DNA of 64,000 nucleotides, taken from IMG/VR virus record IMGVR_UViG_3300037067_016944; one strand, 5' to 3'. The position numbers and the translations under genes were made by a program. The notes under the pieces are model-generated. The model did not search any database. It was given only the letters and a program-made list of their open reading frames with translations, and was not told where the DNA came from. The DNA comes from an uncultured virus (IMG/VR IMGVR_UViG_3300037067_016944). Lineage: Duplodnaviria > Heunggongvirae > Uroviricota > Caudoviricetes. Numbering within the stretch: position 1 is the first letter of the stretch; every line of letters begins with the position of its first letter. This document shows, piece by piece, positions 29,432-39,874 of this stretch.

Positions 29432-31489
29432 ATGGACAAAAACAAGCTAGCACAACTTCGCTCGGCGATCGATCGAGCGGCACAACTCTACTACACGCCC
29501 GGTTGCGAATCGCCAGTCACCGACGACGAATTCGAAGCGATGATGGGAGAACTGCGGGAAGTAGCTCCGGACGACCCCCGTCTGACTCGCATCGGCACTC
29601 CGTTCTCGACAGAGGACATGAGGGAGAAGCGGACACACTCGATTCCTATGGGGTCGCTCGACAACACCGATGGTGGCATCAGCGGGTTTGCGTCATGGTA
29701 CGACAAGACTTGTGCTCTGCTCGGCGTCGAGAGCTTCGCCGTCAACGCTTCCTTGAAAATGGACGGCAACAGCGTGGCATTGAGCTACGCCAACGGTGAG
29801 TTTGTTGAAGCGATCAGCCGTGGTAACGGTGAAATCGGTGAATCGCTCACAGCCAACGCTGTAAAGTGGATGGGTGTCCCGACTTGCTTGCCCGTCACAT
29901 TCACCGGCACGATTCGCGGCGAAGCGATCCTATACAAATGCTGGTTCGATGCAATGAAGGAGAACGACCCGACACTCACCAATCCAAGGAACGTCGGCAG
30001 CGGTATTCTCGGTCGTACCGACGGTACGCAGAGCGAATCAATCAACTTCGTTGCTTTCAACATCGTCGACCCCAAGGCGAGTTTCTCATCATTGAGCACG
30101 AAGTTCAAGGTTCTGAGCAAGCTCGGCTTCAACCCTGTGCAGCACATAGTCATCAGCGGCACTCGCGATGAAGTCATCAAATCGTTCGAGGACTACTTCG
30201 CTGAAATCGAATCCAGACGCCCCACACTGCCGTTTGAGATTGATGGCGTCGTGGTGATGGTCGATGACGTCCCAGCACAAAAATCAATCATGAAGGACCG
30301 CAAGGACGAGCTACGACCGAAGTACGGTCGGGCTGTGAAGTTCGTCACCGCCAAAGCACAGACCACAGTGACCGGCGTGACGATCACCATGGGACACACC
30401 GGCTCCATCATCCCAACAGCGATCTTGGAGCCAGTCTTCGTCGGTGGCGTCACTGTCACCAACGTCCTGCTCAACAACTGGAACGCGGATAGCGAAGCCC
30501 CGTCAGCCGCTCACGTCGCCATCGGTGATACCGTTGAGATTGCCAGACAAGGTGACGTCATCCCGAAGATCGTCCGCGTCGTCGATCGTCCAATCGACCG
30601 CCAGCCGATTGAAGAGCCGAAGGTATGCCCGGTTTGCGGCTCACCGACGACACGAATGCTCCGAGACAAGGAAGGCGTCGTCACCTACTGCACGAATGCC
30701 GACTGTGGTGGTGCATCGGTTCGCAAAATCAAGCACTACATCGGCGACTCCGATAAGGGTGCGGGCATCATGGGTGTCGGCGATAGCGTCCTCGAAGCTC
30801 TTACGAGTGGCGGACTCGTCAGTACACCCGGCGATCTGTACCGTCTCCAGGCCGAACAGTTGGTCGATTTGCAGATCGGTACGAGCAAGAGTGGCACACC
30901 GATTCGGCTCGGCAGCAGCAGAACTGCCAACCTGCTCGCAGAGATCGAGAAGTCCAAGCAGCTTCCGCTCACCAGATTCCTCGGTGGTCTCGGCATCTCA
31001 CTGCTCGGTCGGCGTCGTGTTGAGATCGTTGCCCAGGAGCAAGGGCTGACGACGCTTGAGGACTGGCTGAACGAGGAGAAGCTTGCTGCAATCCCCGGTG
31101 ATGTGACGCGAAAGACGATCATCGAAGGGCTGCAGAAGGTGCGTCCCATCATCGACGACCTGCTCTCTGTTGGCGTCGTCGTCTCACCGGTCGTACCCAT
31201 CGAAATCCTGGAGACTACGACCGTTGTAACAGCCGATGACGGCGTGACTGCCCCCAAACAGATTGCCGGATCGACATTCTGTTGGACTGGTTGCCGTGAT
31301 TACATCGCCGAAGTGAAGGCTAAAGGCGGCATCGAGAAAAGCGGCGTCAGCAAAGGACTCGATTATTTGGTCCAGAAAGATGCGACGTCATCGTCCGGCA
31401 AGACTATGAAGGCCGAAGCACTCGGCACGAAGATTATTAGTATCGACTGTTTACGTGAAGTCCTAGACGGCCTGCGAGAACTACCATGA
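29432..31489 (+). CDS. ligA: NAD-dependent DNA ligase
   Basis: KMDG adenylation motif, SRGNG..GE, RGE, NPRN, EIDGVV, OB fold, C4 zinc finger, HhH, BRCT; start re-called at MDKNK. Confidence 0.96.
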   Translation: MDKNKLAQLRSAIDRAAQLYYTPGCESPVTDDEFEAMMGELREVAPDDPRLTRIGTPFSTEDMREKRTHSIPMGSLDNTDGGISGFASWYDKTCALLGVESFAVNASLKMDGNSVALSYANGEFVEAISRGNGEIGESLTANAVKWMGVPTCLPVTFTGTIRGEAILYKCWFDAMKENDPTLTNPRNVGSGILGRTDGTQSESINFVAFNIVDPKASFSSLSTKFKVLSKLGFNPVQHIVISGTRDEVIKSFEDYFAEIESRRPTLPFEIDGVVVMVDDVPAQKSIMKDRKDELRPKYGRAVKFVTAKAQTTVTGVTITMGHTGSIIPTAILEPVFVGGVTVTNVLLNNWNADSEAPSAAHVAIGDTVEIARQGDVIPKIVRVVDRPIDRQPIEEPKVCPVCGSPTTRMLRDKEGVVTYCTNADCGGASVRKIKHYIGDSDKGAGIMGVGDSVLEALTSGGLVSTPGDLYRLQAEQLVDLQIGTSKSGTPIRLGSSRTANLLAEIEKSKQLPLTRFLGGLGISLLGRRRVEIVAQEQGLTTLEDWLNEEKLAAIPGDVTRKTIIEGLQKVRPIIDDLLSVGVVVSPVVPIEILETTTVVTADDGVTAPKQIAGSTFCWTGCRDYIAEVKAKGGIEKSGVSKGLDYLVQKDATSSSGKTMKAEALGTKIISIDCLREVLDGLRELP

Positions 31490-31661
31490 TTAACGTTGTC
31501 GTTCACATTGAAGGCGGATGTTGCACTTCGGTTGAAGCAACCGAAGACGGTCACGAGATCGAATTTGAACTCGACGTCATCGACCACGACGCCGAACACG
31601 TCGGCGACCTCGGTTAATACTGACCTGTCCTCGTGCTATAACCAAGCAGGAGGACACACAG

Positions 31662-32159
31662 ATGTCGAAATACCGAGTTTGTAAGTGCTGCGGTCAGAAG
31701 GTGCATCCCAGAATCCATTGCTACTACAGCGGTGATGGCTGCTTGTCGTTGAACTGGGTCTATGGCAAGGACGAGCTTGCGGTCGGCTGTCATCATGTAA
31801 CAAAGGCCCAAGCCCAACGTTATCTGATGCGGAAGGAGAACAAGCACCTATTCGACCGCAATTGGTTGCCGATTCTCATCAATGGCCGGTGGAAGCTTGC
31901 CCGCTATGTGAAGCGGACCGGACCGAACCGGCTCAACATCAGCGGCCATGTTTTCTACTACAGCGGCGTCAAGATGAAGGACGGCCGTATTTGGGATTGC
32001 GATCTCAAAGTCATGTTCAAGATGCGGGTCAAGGGCAAGCTTGTCGAGCACGAAATGCAGAACGTCAGCATTCGTGGCGAGATTCGCTTCTTCCTTGAGA
32101 ATGAGAAGGTCCTCAAACCGCAATTCAAGGACTTCAAACCGGTCAATGGAGAGATTTGA
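31662..32159 (+). CDS. hypothetical protein
   Basis: Promoter 31631 plus AGGAGG SD. Confidence 0.75.
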   Translation: MSKYRVCKCCGQKVHPRIHCYYSGDGCLSLNWVYGKDELAVGCHHVTKAQAQRYLMRKENKHLFDRNWLPILINGRWKLARYVKRTGPNRLNISGHVFYYSGVKMKDGRIWDCDLKVMFKMRVKGKLVEHEMQNVSIRGEIRFFLENEKVLKPQFKDFKPVNGEI

Positions 32160-32587
32160 TGACAGAAGTCAAAGAAGGCAAGACTTACGTTCATCGGACC
32201 GAAAAGGTGACGTATTCCTTTAACTCGAAAAAGGAGTTCATCTACCTCGGCCAGTTCGTGAAGATTGTATCGTTCAATGTTGACGAGACGGCCAACATCG
32301 TGACGCGGCTCGGTGAGTACGCCACCGTCCAAATGGACGAACTCAAACCAAAACCGACCGTGTTTTACGATGACATTCCGGTTGCTGAATCACATACGCC
32401 AATCGAGTATGACGGCCAGCCGGTGGTTGGTGATGCCGTCGATGGTCGTAAGGTTTTACGTGTGAAGCCGATAACGATAAGCACCATCGTCGGGTACAAC
32501 CACGATTGTAAGACGTTGGACGACAACATCCGGCTCCTGCAGCACAAACACCGCCCTATGGTGTTCTGGTGTGCCGAAATAGGGTAG
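32156..32587 (+). CDS. hypothetical protein
   Basis: Coupled ORF. Confidence 0.65.
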   Translation: MMTEVKEGKTYVHRTEKVTYSFNSKKEFIYLGQFVKIVSFNVDETANIVTRLGEYATVQMDELKPKPTVFYDDIPVAESHTPIEYDGQPVVGDAVDGRKVLRVKPITISTIVGYNHDCKTLDDNIRLLQHKHRPMVFWCAEIG

Positions 32588-32636
32588 GTTAACTGCCCGC
32601 CCTAGTCGTGCTATAACTAGTTACAGGAGAACCACC

Positions 32637-32855
32637 ATGTTAGATCGACAAGAGATTACGCTCGACGCTGCCAACATCCGTGACGACAACAGCGAGGATG
32701 TTGCTCGTATCGTGGTCGAGAACGAGAAGGGCGAGAAGGCCATCGTGTTCGTCACCGTGCAGATGGTGCACGGTCGGCCACGGTTTGCACTCATCGCCAA
32801 GAAGAACAAGGGAAACGAAACCGAAATGCGGGCCACACCAGATTGGAGGTTGTAA
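32637..32855 (+). CDS. small hypothetical protein
   Basis: Promoter 32606 plus AGGAG SD. Confidence 0.7.
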   Translation: MLDRQEITLDAANIRDDNSEDVARIVVENEKGEKAIVFVTVQMVHGRPRFALIAKKNKGNETEMRATPDWRL

Positions 32856-33295
32856 TGAACGCAATACTTCACGACATTTCTCTCGAATCCGACGCCGTAC
32901 TCAAGATCAAGGTTGCCGTTGATGGCGACGAGGGTCTCGGCATTTACATCGCTGGCTACTCGACCAACTGCGCCGCAGATGATTATGAAGATGCCATCTT
33001 TTACCTCGAAATCCAAGACGGCAAGCCTATTCTTCGCGTTTGGGCCGACATCAACCAAGAGGAGCCGACTCACACCATCGACCTATCTGGTGCCAATGTG
33101 AATCGGCGATTGACGCGGTTTAAGGGGAATCTCTACTACCTGGACGAGGAGAAGGCCAAGCACCATCTTGGTAGCTTCGAGGAGCAGGCCGAGACCGCCG
33201 TAGCACTTGAGCGGAAGGTCCTCGACAATCTTTGGGATGACCGGCTCGATGCGGCCAGTTGCTCGCCTCATTTTGAGTACGAGATAGTCAGCTAG
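32855..33295 (+). CDS. hypothetical protein
   Basis: GGAGG SD, TAATG overlap. Confidence 0.7.
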   Translation: MNAILHDISLESDAVLKIKVAVDGDEGLGIYIAGYSTNCAADDYEDAIFYLEIQDGKPILRVWADINQEEPTHTIDLSGANVNRRLTRFKGNLYYLDEEKAKHHLGSFEEQAETAVALERKVLDNLWDDRLDAASCSPHFEYEIVS

Positions 33296-33371
33296 TTTCC
33301 ACCCTGGAAACCGAAATTGGTAGATAGTACGCTTAATTGGCGTACTAATCTATCAAAAAGGTGACTACAGG

Positions 33372-33680
33372 ATGGCCGTAAGATTGTTTAAGCTTTCAAG
33401 TGGTGAGCTTATCATCACCGAAACAGATAGTGAGCAGGTCGAAGTAGACGGGCGGCAGTGTCTTATTATTAACAGGCCGCTCCAAGTGCTCATAATGGAG
33501 CAGGGCATTGCACTAAGAATGTGGATGCCTTGTGATCTGACTCGACCTCTCAACCTTCATATCGATTCAATTGCCGCTGATGCCGTGGTACCTGAACCGT
33601 TCGCGAGGGAATACCAATCGAAGTTCAACGCAAACAACATCGTTGCACCGCCAGAGCCTAAGCTAGTCGTTCCCGGCTAG
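33372..33680 (+). CDS. Sm-like fold protein of T4-like/jumbo phages
   Basis: KL.SGE.II...I..P...WMP...P pattern. Confidence 0.6.
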   Translation: MAVRLFKLSSGELIITETDSEQVEVDGRQCLIINRPLQVLIMEQGIALRMWMPCDLTRPLNLHIDSIAADAVVPEPFAREYQSKFNANNIVAPPEPKLVVPG

Positions 33681-33829
33681 TGGCTTGATGGTTATCACGA
33701 ACTGTTCGTCGGTTTGAACGTGTATCGTGCAATAGTCCTCGTCGCACGAGACGTCGGTTATGCCGTGCTTCTTGTATTCCTGTGCGAGGAAGTCGTAGAC
33801 CAGCTTCCCTAGTTCACTTTATGGCATGG

Positions 33830-34261
33830 TTAGTCGAGGTAGATGGTTCGGATGACGCCTTCCACGGGCAGAGCAGCCGTGTCCAAAGCTGGTCCGGTGC
33901 CGCCGAAGTATGGTGTTAAGGCTTGAGCGAGACGCAGCAGTTTATGCTGCAAGGCTTGGGGCGACTCACACGATACCTTGATGGGGTCGTAGCAACCAGC
34001 CGTCCGTAAGCACTTCTCAACGATCTGCACATCGGTCAGTTCGGCTACCTTCTGGGTTTTGCCGTTTTCGGCCAAATAAGCCTTGATGTGCTTGCAGGAC
34101 TTCGGAACCTCCTTGGAGAAGATCCATCCCTTGCAGTTGCAATGGTGAATCCCGTCCTTGAGCCGAATCTTGTATGGCTCTTCGCCCGGAGTGGTACGGC
34201 TCTGAACATGGCATACAACCACGCCGTATTTCTGGATTTTGTCGTTTTCGGTCATCGCCAT
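33830..34261 (-). CDS. SWIM zinc-finger protein
   Basis: Y.I......CNCKGW.......CKHI. Confidence 0.75.
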   Translation of the reverse strand: MAMTENDKIQKYGVVVCHVQSRTTPGEEPYKIRLKDGIHHCNCKGWIFSKEVPKSCKHIKAYLAENGKTQKVAELTDVQIVEKCLRTAGCYDPIKVSCESPQALQHKLLRLAQALTPYFGGTGPALDTAALPVEGVIRTIYLD

Positions 34262-34395
34262 TATCGTAATCCTCAAAAGAAATTGGACTTCGCTGTCGCC
34301 TCTAACTTCGCGATGCCCTAAGACCAGGAAGCTGTCGCAATGCGACGGTGGCACTGGTACCGGTCGATTTGTTATAGCACGACTCGCTACACCCT

Positions 34396-34854
34396 TCAAT
34401 TCTTGCCGTATCCCGGCATCGTCCGGATGGCAGCGGCGAGAATCTTCGCCTTCGCCATATCGCCAGCTTCTACGGCGTCGAGAAGGTGGAAGAACACCGC
34501 CCTTGCTTCCTGGTTGACCGGCTCCACTTGCGGCGTCGTCATGCCCTTCCGCTGTCGCATGGCAATCAAAGCCGGATGGTCAGGATTGGCATGGCCGACA
34601 ACGTTTGGGCGATGCTTCGGACCGAATTTGTATTGAGCACCTTGGCCCTTGACCAGGACACCGACAAACGGGTTGGCCGGTCGATTCGGCTTGATATCGA
34701 CGACGACCATCTGCTGTCGGCCACCATAAAGCTGCACGATATCGAAAAGCTTGATCTCTGGCATCGAGGTCGTCGTCATGGTTCTCCTCATGGCTTCCAA
34801 TCCGGCTTGGATTTGGGGGTTCGGATGGATAGGAGCAAAATCGGCGGCTTGCAT
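34396..34854 (-). CDS. hypothetical protein
   Basis: Promoter 34890 plus GGGAG SD. Confidence 0.7.
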   Translation of the reverse strand: MQAADFAPIHPNPQIQAGLEAMRRTMTTTSMPEIKLFDIVQLYGGRQQMVVVDIKPNRPANPFVGVLVKGQGAQYKFGPKHRPNVVGHANPDHPALIAMRQRKGMTTPQVEPVNQEARAVFFHLLDAVEAGDMAKAKILAAAIRTMPGYGKN

Positions 34855-34926
34855 TTCATTCTCCCTATGTGATGGTTCCCTCGTACTTGGTTATAGCACG
34901 ACTAGAGGGAACTATTAACCGGGACG

Positions 34927-35493
34927 CTAGAACTTAGCGGCTTTCGATAGCAACCCTAAATCACGTCCTAGGAAGCGTTGGATGGCTTTTACGTCATCCC
35001 TTAACATCCGCTCGTGGTCGTCGTATTCGAAAATCCATGAACCAGATAGCAGATTGAATCTCGATGCTATCAGCTTCGCTGAATTCCTCACAGGCGAATC
35101 ATCACCGTGCAGTATGAGATACTTTACGGGAGCACCCCGTTTCAAGATGCCTTTAGTTACACGGCCACGAGGAAGCCCGCTGTAATAGTTTGATATGCTC
35201 CTGACCGCTGCAGGGTCATCGAGACGCAGCATGGTGCTAGACCATTTCTTCCAGATCGTCGCATGATCTAGGTCAAGGCCATGGTTAGATGGGAATTGCG
35301 AATCGAAAAACGACTCCAAACGCCATCCTGATACTAGTGGAATCCAGAAGTATATGCCGGTTTGCGGTTCTTTTTGACCCTCGACAAGGTGCCGCAAGAA
35401 CCTCATAGCTGCTGCTCGTCTACGATAGTCCTTGATCCCCTCCTCGTCAATCAAGGACAACGTTTTCCAACCGTTCATTTCTGATAACTTCAT
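34927..35493 (-). CDS. hypothetical protein
   Basis: GGAG SD; GLPRGRV motif. Confidence 0.65.
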   Translation of the reverse strand: MKLSEMNGWKTLSLIDEEGIKDYRRRAAAMRFLRHLVEGQKEPQTGIYFWIPLVSGWRLESFFDSQFPSNHGLDLDHATIWKKWSSTMLRLDDPAAVRSISNYYSGLPRGRVTKGILKRGAPVKYLILHGDDSPVRNSAKLIASRFNLLSGSWIFEYDDHERMLRDDVKAIQRFLGRDLGLLSKAAKF

Positions 35494-35516
35494 GATAGGG
35501 TCTCCAACCTATCTTT

Positions 35517-35774
35517 TCAGAACCCGTTCTGCTTGAGCCATTCGACTTCGGCAGCAAGCGCGTCCGACCGTAATCGTCGTGGTTCTAGCTTCGGACCACC
35601 GACCGGTGACATGTCGGCTTGCCACATAATGTCGCCAGCTATGCTCTTGACCGGCTCCACGTGGCTTGCACGGCTGATTGTGGTTTCGCCTTCGTCGTAA
35701 AGAGGAGCAAAGGCGTCGTTGTGAATCGCACTGATGCTGCCGTCTTCATGGATCGTCATTTCAATGGTGCACAT
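35517..35774 (-). CDS. conserved protein of DUF1257/DUF2997/AAA clusters
   Basis: ISRASHVEP...W.ADMSPVGGP.L....RSDALAAEVEWL. Confidence 0.75.
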   Translation of the reverse strand: MCTIEMTIHEDGSISAIHNDAFAPLYDEGETTISRASHVEPVKSIAGDIMWQADMSPVGGPKLEPRRLRSDALAAEVEWLKQNGF

Positions 35775-35943
35775 GATTCGCCATGGTCTGCTGGTACATT
35801 TCTGGGGTGGGTTTGTCGGCGGTGACGGTGCCGAGAGCGCGTTCGACGGTCTTCGTGACGTCTTTGCAGGCTGTGCCAGCCACGCCATTCACCTTGATGG
35901 TCGGTGTCCCGTCAGGAGCGATTGTGATTTCGACGACTTGCAT
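35761..35943 (-). CDS. DUF2997 family protein
   Basis: VEITIAPDG...I.V.GV.G..C...T..VE.ALG. Confidence 0.85.
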   Translation of the reverse strand: MQVVEITIAPDGTPTIKVNGVAGTACKDVTKTVERALGTVTADKPTPEMYQQTMANHVHH

Positions 35944-35953
35944 GGTTGGTTCC

Positions 35954-36397
35954 TTATCGTTTTGTGCAGACGAGCCGCACATTGCCGTTTTGGTCTTGCT
36001 TCTCGCTGGTCGACCATCCCTGATTTCGCATAGTCTTGGTGGCGACCGCCACGCCGTAGCGTTGCTTAAGGTGGGCCATGCCTTGGCCGAACACCTTAGT
36101 CAAGCCACCAGCACTCCACTCGTCGGCGACGACCCGGAAAGAGCCGTTCGGCTGTTTGACCAAGCCGATGTCGTAGCTGCACTGTGGGTGGCTGATGATA
36201 TGATCACACTTGCCGTAGTTCTCAGGCTTGATGCCTTGGCGATACGCGGCGTTGTCCGCGCTGTAGTCGTTCATCCAGCGGCCATACCACCGGAACGTCT
36301 TCTGATCCCTGACAAGCTCGGCTCCGAGAGCTTTCGCAGCCGTTTCGAGAGCTTGCAGGTCCTTCACTTCGAGTTGGATTGCTACTACGTGCGACAT
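35954..36397 (-). CDS. DUF1257 family protein
   Basis: MSH......KDL.AL..A...LG; YDIG; D.W; LKQRY. Confidence 0.8.
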   Translation of the reverse strand: MSHVVAIQLEVKDLQALETAAKALGAELVRDQKTFRWYGRWMNDYSADNAAYRQGIKPENYGKCDHIISHPQCSYDIGLVKQPNGSFRVVADEWSAGGLTKVFGQGMAHLKQRYGVAVATKTMRNQGWSTSEKQDQNGNVRLVCTKR

Positions 36398-36749
36398 GGT
36401 TGGTTCTCCTGTACCTCGTTATAGCACGAGGTGACTATTTCCTTAATCGAGGTTGATGACCCTAATAGGGGTGTCAAGGTCAGGTATTTCTAAGGACTTC
36501 GGCTTGTTTTGTATGTCGGGTGGTTGGCCGGTCGTTGGTGGCCAGTGTATGGTTGAACCACCATAGCACCAAGTTGTACCAGTCCCCCAAGCCGTTGTCG
36601 TATCGGTGTCCTGCTTAAAGTAGATCGGCTCGTTGTCGGTTGTGTGGTCGAACAGTCCGCTATTGTCGAGGTTCGAGCCATCAGACCCGTCAAGAAGATA
36701 GAAGGCGGCTCGAATTGCTCGATATGGCCAAAGGAGGATACGCCAGAAG

Positions 36750-37718
36750 CTATTCATCGTCATCTTCATCGTCGTCAAGGTGAAGAACTCGGTTCGGCAA
36801 CTCCTGCAGGAGTTTGTCCAGGTTCTCTTTCACCACTGACATACGTGAAGCGACGAACGTCGAAGCTTCTTCATCCTCTCGGATTGATTCCGGAGTGCGA
36901 CCGGCGAGAACTTCTTTGGCTTCGTCGGCAAGCAGAGCCAATTCCTTATCGCCGCAGACGTTGCGGGCTGAGAATAGCTCCAGGAAATCGACGATCTTGG
37001 TGATGGTCGTGGCAGCGAACTTCTTGCGACTCCCATCGGGTCCAGGGGTCAGACGCTCAACAAGGTGCTCGATTAGCTTGTGGAAGCCGACACGAAGGGC
37101 AGCTTTGACCTGCAAGGCCATATCCTTGATTTCATCTGTATGCCGCTTGTTTTCCTGGTAGGCAATCGCTTTGCTTACCTTCTTGTCGTTGGACGGCGAC
37201 CAATCAAACCAACGTCGCTCGACCCAGAATTTGGAGCGAAGAGCAAGCCGACCTGCTTCGGTGCTTACGTCGAAATAGTTGGTGGCGTCGAACTGGTCTT
37301 TCAACTCGATCTTGGCTTCCTCTACCAAGTCGGCGTATTCGGCGACGAAGTGGTCGGCCCACGTGTTGTATGCCTGCTCTGCGTTGTCAATCTTGTCGTT
37401 GAGATCATCGACCAGCGGCAGCGGCATCAGGTGGGTGCCCTCCGAGAACGGAGAACCCGGCACTTCTCGCTTCTTGCAATAGCGGCGAAGATCACGAGCG
37501 ATCAACAACATGTCGTCGTAGTTCTCGCTTGTCATGATCTTCTTGTTGAGACCCAGACGGTCCTTGTTGGCGGCTGTTTGTATCTTGGCGATGTTTCCCT
37601 TGCGAATCAGGCCGGTCTTGTGAAACCGGAGTAATAGGCAAGTCGTTAGGTCGAGGATGTTCACTTCGGCCTTATCTTCTGCTCTGGCTTCTTCGATGGC
37701 TGTCATTTTGTTCTCCAA
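36750..37718 (-). CDS. DUF3150-like protein
   Basis: All-helical 322 aa, L.DQFD..NY; typical neighbour of the AAA/DUF1257 cluster. Confidence 0.5.
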   Translation of the reverse strand: MENKMTAIEEARAEDKAEVNILDLTTCLLLRFHKTGLIRKGNIAKIQTAANKDRLGLNKKIMTSENYDDMLLIARDLRRYCKKREVPGSPFSEGTHLMPLPLVDDLNDKIDNAEQAYNTWADHFVAEYADLVEEAKIELKDQFDATNYFDVSTEAGRLALRSKFWVERRWFDWSPSNDKKVSKAIAYQENKRHTDEIKDMALQVKAALRVGFHKLIEHLVERLTPGPDGSRKKFAATTITKIVDFLELFSARNVCGDKELALLADEAKEVLAGRTPESIREDEEASTFVASRMSVVKENLDKLLQELPNRVLHLDDDEDDDE

Positions 37719-37814
37719 TGTGGATTTCGTTCCGGTACTTGGTTATAGCACGAATACCGGGAATTATTAACCCCGACAATCGCCCCCGCCGACCGGGGGC
37801 GACCGCCGATACCC

Positions 37815-38096
37815 CTACCGCTTCGAGGGGTCCGCCAACTTAGGTTTCTTGGCCTTGAACCGGATCACCTTGATGATCTGATACCGGCGAGCCTCACCGA
37901 TCATATAATCGCCATGTGGCCCCGTGAACAAACGATAGTCCCCGACGAGCCGGTCGAACACGATCCAGACGTCCACGCGATGCTGGAACACCAGCGCACG
38001 AGCCTCACTGAGCAAGCCACGAGAACGGACAGCCGACAGCATATCAGCGTACAGCATAGCACCACCAGGGCAAGAGTAAGGAATAGTAACCGCCAT
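37815..38096 (-). CDS. hypothetical protein (leaderless)
   Basis: ATG 6 nt after -10 of promoter 38103. Confidence 0.6.
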   Translation of the reverse strand: MAVTIPYSCPGGAMLYADMLSAVRSRGLLSEARALVFQHRVDVWIVFDRLVGDYRLFTGPHGDYMIGEARRYQIIKVIRFKAKKPKLADPSKR

Positions 38097-38210
38097 CCCC
38101 TGGTTATAGCACGGCGAGCGGGAATTATTAACCGCTGCAGAGAGAGCATGAAAAGAGGATGCCCCTCCCAGACGACCACGAGCCATCTGGGAGGGGCAGC
38201 ACACACAGGA

Positions 38211-39797
38211 TTAGCCTAGGTTCAAAGCCCGTTCCGGCTCGACCTTCTTCGGAATCTTGTAGACGCCTTGATGACTGGCGGACAGGTAACGGTTGTCTGC
38301 CGATGCTCGAAGGCTTTGGATTTCCTCTCGATCGGTCAGGCCGACCGGCGTGATGTAGGTGGCGGCATCGGCAATCGAAATGTCCATTCGATACGCCTTG
38401 TCGCAGCACTTCTTGATGTTGCGAGCCACCCAGCCGTCATCGTCATCGAAAGGCTCGTCCTTGATGCCGTACTTCTTGAGCCACACATCCCAAATCGGGC
38501 TGCGTTCGGCCTTCGGTGGCAGATCAAAGAAGAATGTGTCGGTGAATCGGGACTTCATGGCCGACGACAAGCCGCTGATGCTGTTGCTCGTCGCCAGCCA
38601 CAGCGTATCGGTGCCGCCGATAGCTTGCACCACCTTCAACGCCGCTCTGATGTTGGTTTGGCTTTGACCGACCAAGGAACCTTGCATAGCTCCAAGGTCA
38701 ATCCGGATGACAACGCGGTCGAACTCGGAGCCAACCGCCTTGCAGATGGCTGACTTACCGCAACCAGGGACACCCAATAGCATGACGCCGAAGACATCGA
38801 AATCTTCCATCCAGGAAAGCAACGTGCCTTCCTGGTCCTGATTGACGCCGCTGGTGTCGCCACGAGAAGCCAAACCGGTCTTCTCGATTTCATCCAACCA
38901 GACGATCACTTTCGGCTGTCGCTTGCCGGTCATGATGCGGCTTAAGTAGGTCTTGATCTGGTCAAGACCACCAAGGTCCGCGAACTTCTCGCCACCCCGA
39001 TGGATCGAAAGCCCCTTCGTCTGCTCGACTTGCTTCCGCTTCGCAACCCAGCAGTGTTCGAGATCGATGCCGAATTTCGGCTTCTGACCGATGACCGGTT
39101 CGCTACGCAAGGCCATCGAAATGACCTGCTCTGCTCCAAAGTGAGGCAATCCCTTGACGGACTCGACAACACGGCCAATCGCGTCGTCATCCGCCACCGG
39201 TCGCTTCGTCTTGACGCCGGTGCCTTCGCATTTCTTGCAGGATGAACGAGGAGCATTCTTGCCCTGATTTGTGCAGTCGCACTGGCTTGCCAACTTATCA
39301 AGCCCCTTTGCCAACTTCGCTAGCTGCTCCTCGTTGGGCATCGGCTCGTCGATGATGACGACATCGTTCTTGAGATTGAGTGGTAAGACGATCACTTCGG
39401 ACAGCAGGACGAGGGTCTTACAGGACGCCTTGAACTTGTCGCGAAGATTCCAGACGGCTTGCTTGACGACCGGGTTTTCGAGCCAATCACAAGCACCCAG
39501 CATGAAAACGATCGTGTTTTCTGGTAGAGTGTCGGGATTAGCGAGTTGGCACAAGAACTCAATCGGCTGCGTGATTTGCGGGTTTTCGTTCAGAGCGGAC
39601 GCCGATTTCAGCGCCGCTTGATTATGACCAACAATTCCACTTGCCGCATTCCATGCCATCACGGGGGACGGGACAGGGATTTCGCTGCATTCCTTCAACA
39701 GCACGCTGATGGTAGCGGCAGCATCGTTCGATTCGATCCCAATGAGAGGGACACCAACACGACGGGCAGCGATGAATTGTTCGGTGAAAGAGAGCAT
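38211..39797 (-). CDS. Ycf46-like AAA+ ATPase with rearranged motif order
   Basis: FADLGGL, WLDEIEK (Walker B), GVPGCGKS (Walker A), GSLVGQS, ATSN, SRF..FFFDLP. Confidence 0.9.
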   Translation of the reverse strand: MLSFTEQFIAARRVGVPLIGIESNDAAATISVLLKECSEIPVPSPVMAWNAASGIVGHNQAALKSASALNENPQITQPIEFLCQLANPDTLPENTIVFMLGACDWLENPVVKQAVWNLRDKFKASCKTLVLLSEVIVLPLNLKNDVVIIDEPMPNEEQLAKLAKGLDKLASQCDCTNQGKNAPRSSCKKCEGTGVKTKRPVADDDAIGRVVESVKGLPHFGAEQVISMALRSEPVIGQKPKFGIDLEHCWVAKRKQVEQTKGLSIHRGGEKFADLGGLDQIKTYLSRIMTGKRQPKVIVWLDEIEKTGLASRGDTSGVNQDQEGTLLSWMEDFDVFGVMLLGVPGCGKSAICKAVGSEFDRVVIRIDLGAMQGSLVGQSQTNIRAALKVVQAIGGTDTLWLATSNSISGLSSAMKSRFTDTFFFDLPPKAERSPIWDVWLKKYGIKDEPFDDDDGWVARNIKKCCDKAYRMDISIADAATYITPVGLTDREEIQSLRASADNRYLSASHQGVYKIPKKVEPERALNLG

Positions 39798-39874
39798 GGC
39801 TTTTTATCCTGTGTGTTCGGAGCGGACCTCCCGCCCTCGTGCTTAGTTATAGCACGAACAAAGGGAATTATTAA

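Noticed and set aside
29432..31489. Intein or intron in DNA ligase
   Set aside because: Length and domain order match an uninterrupted LigA
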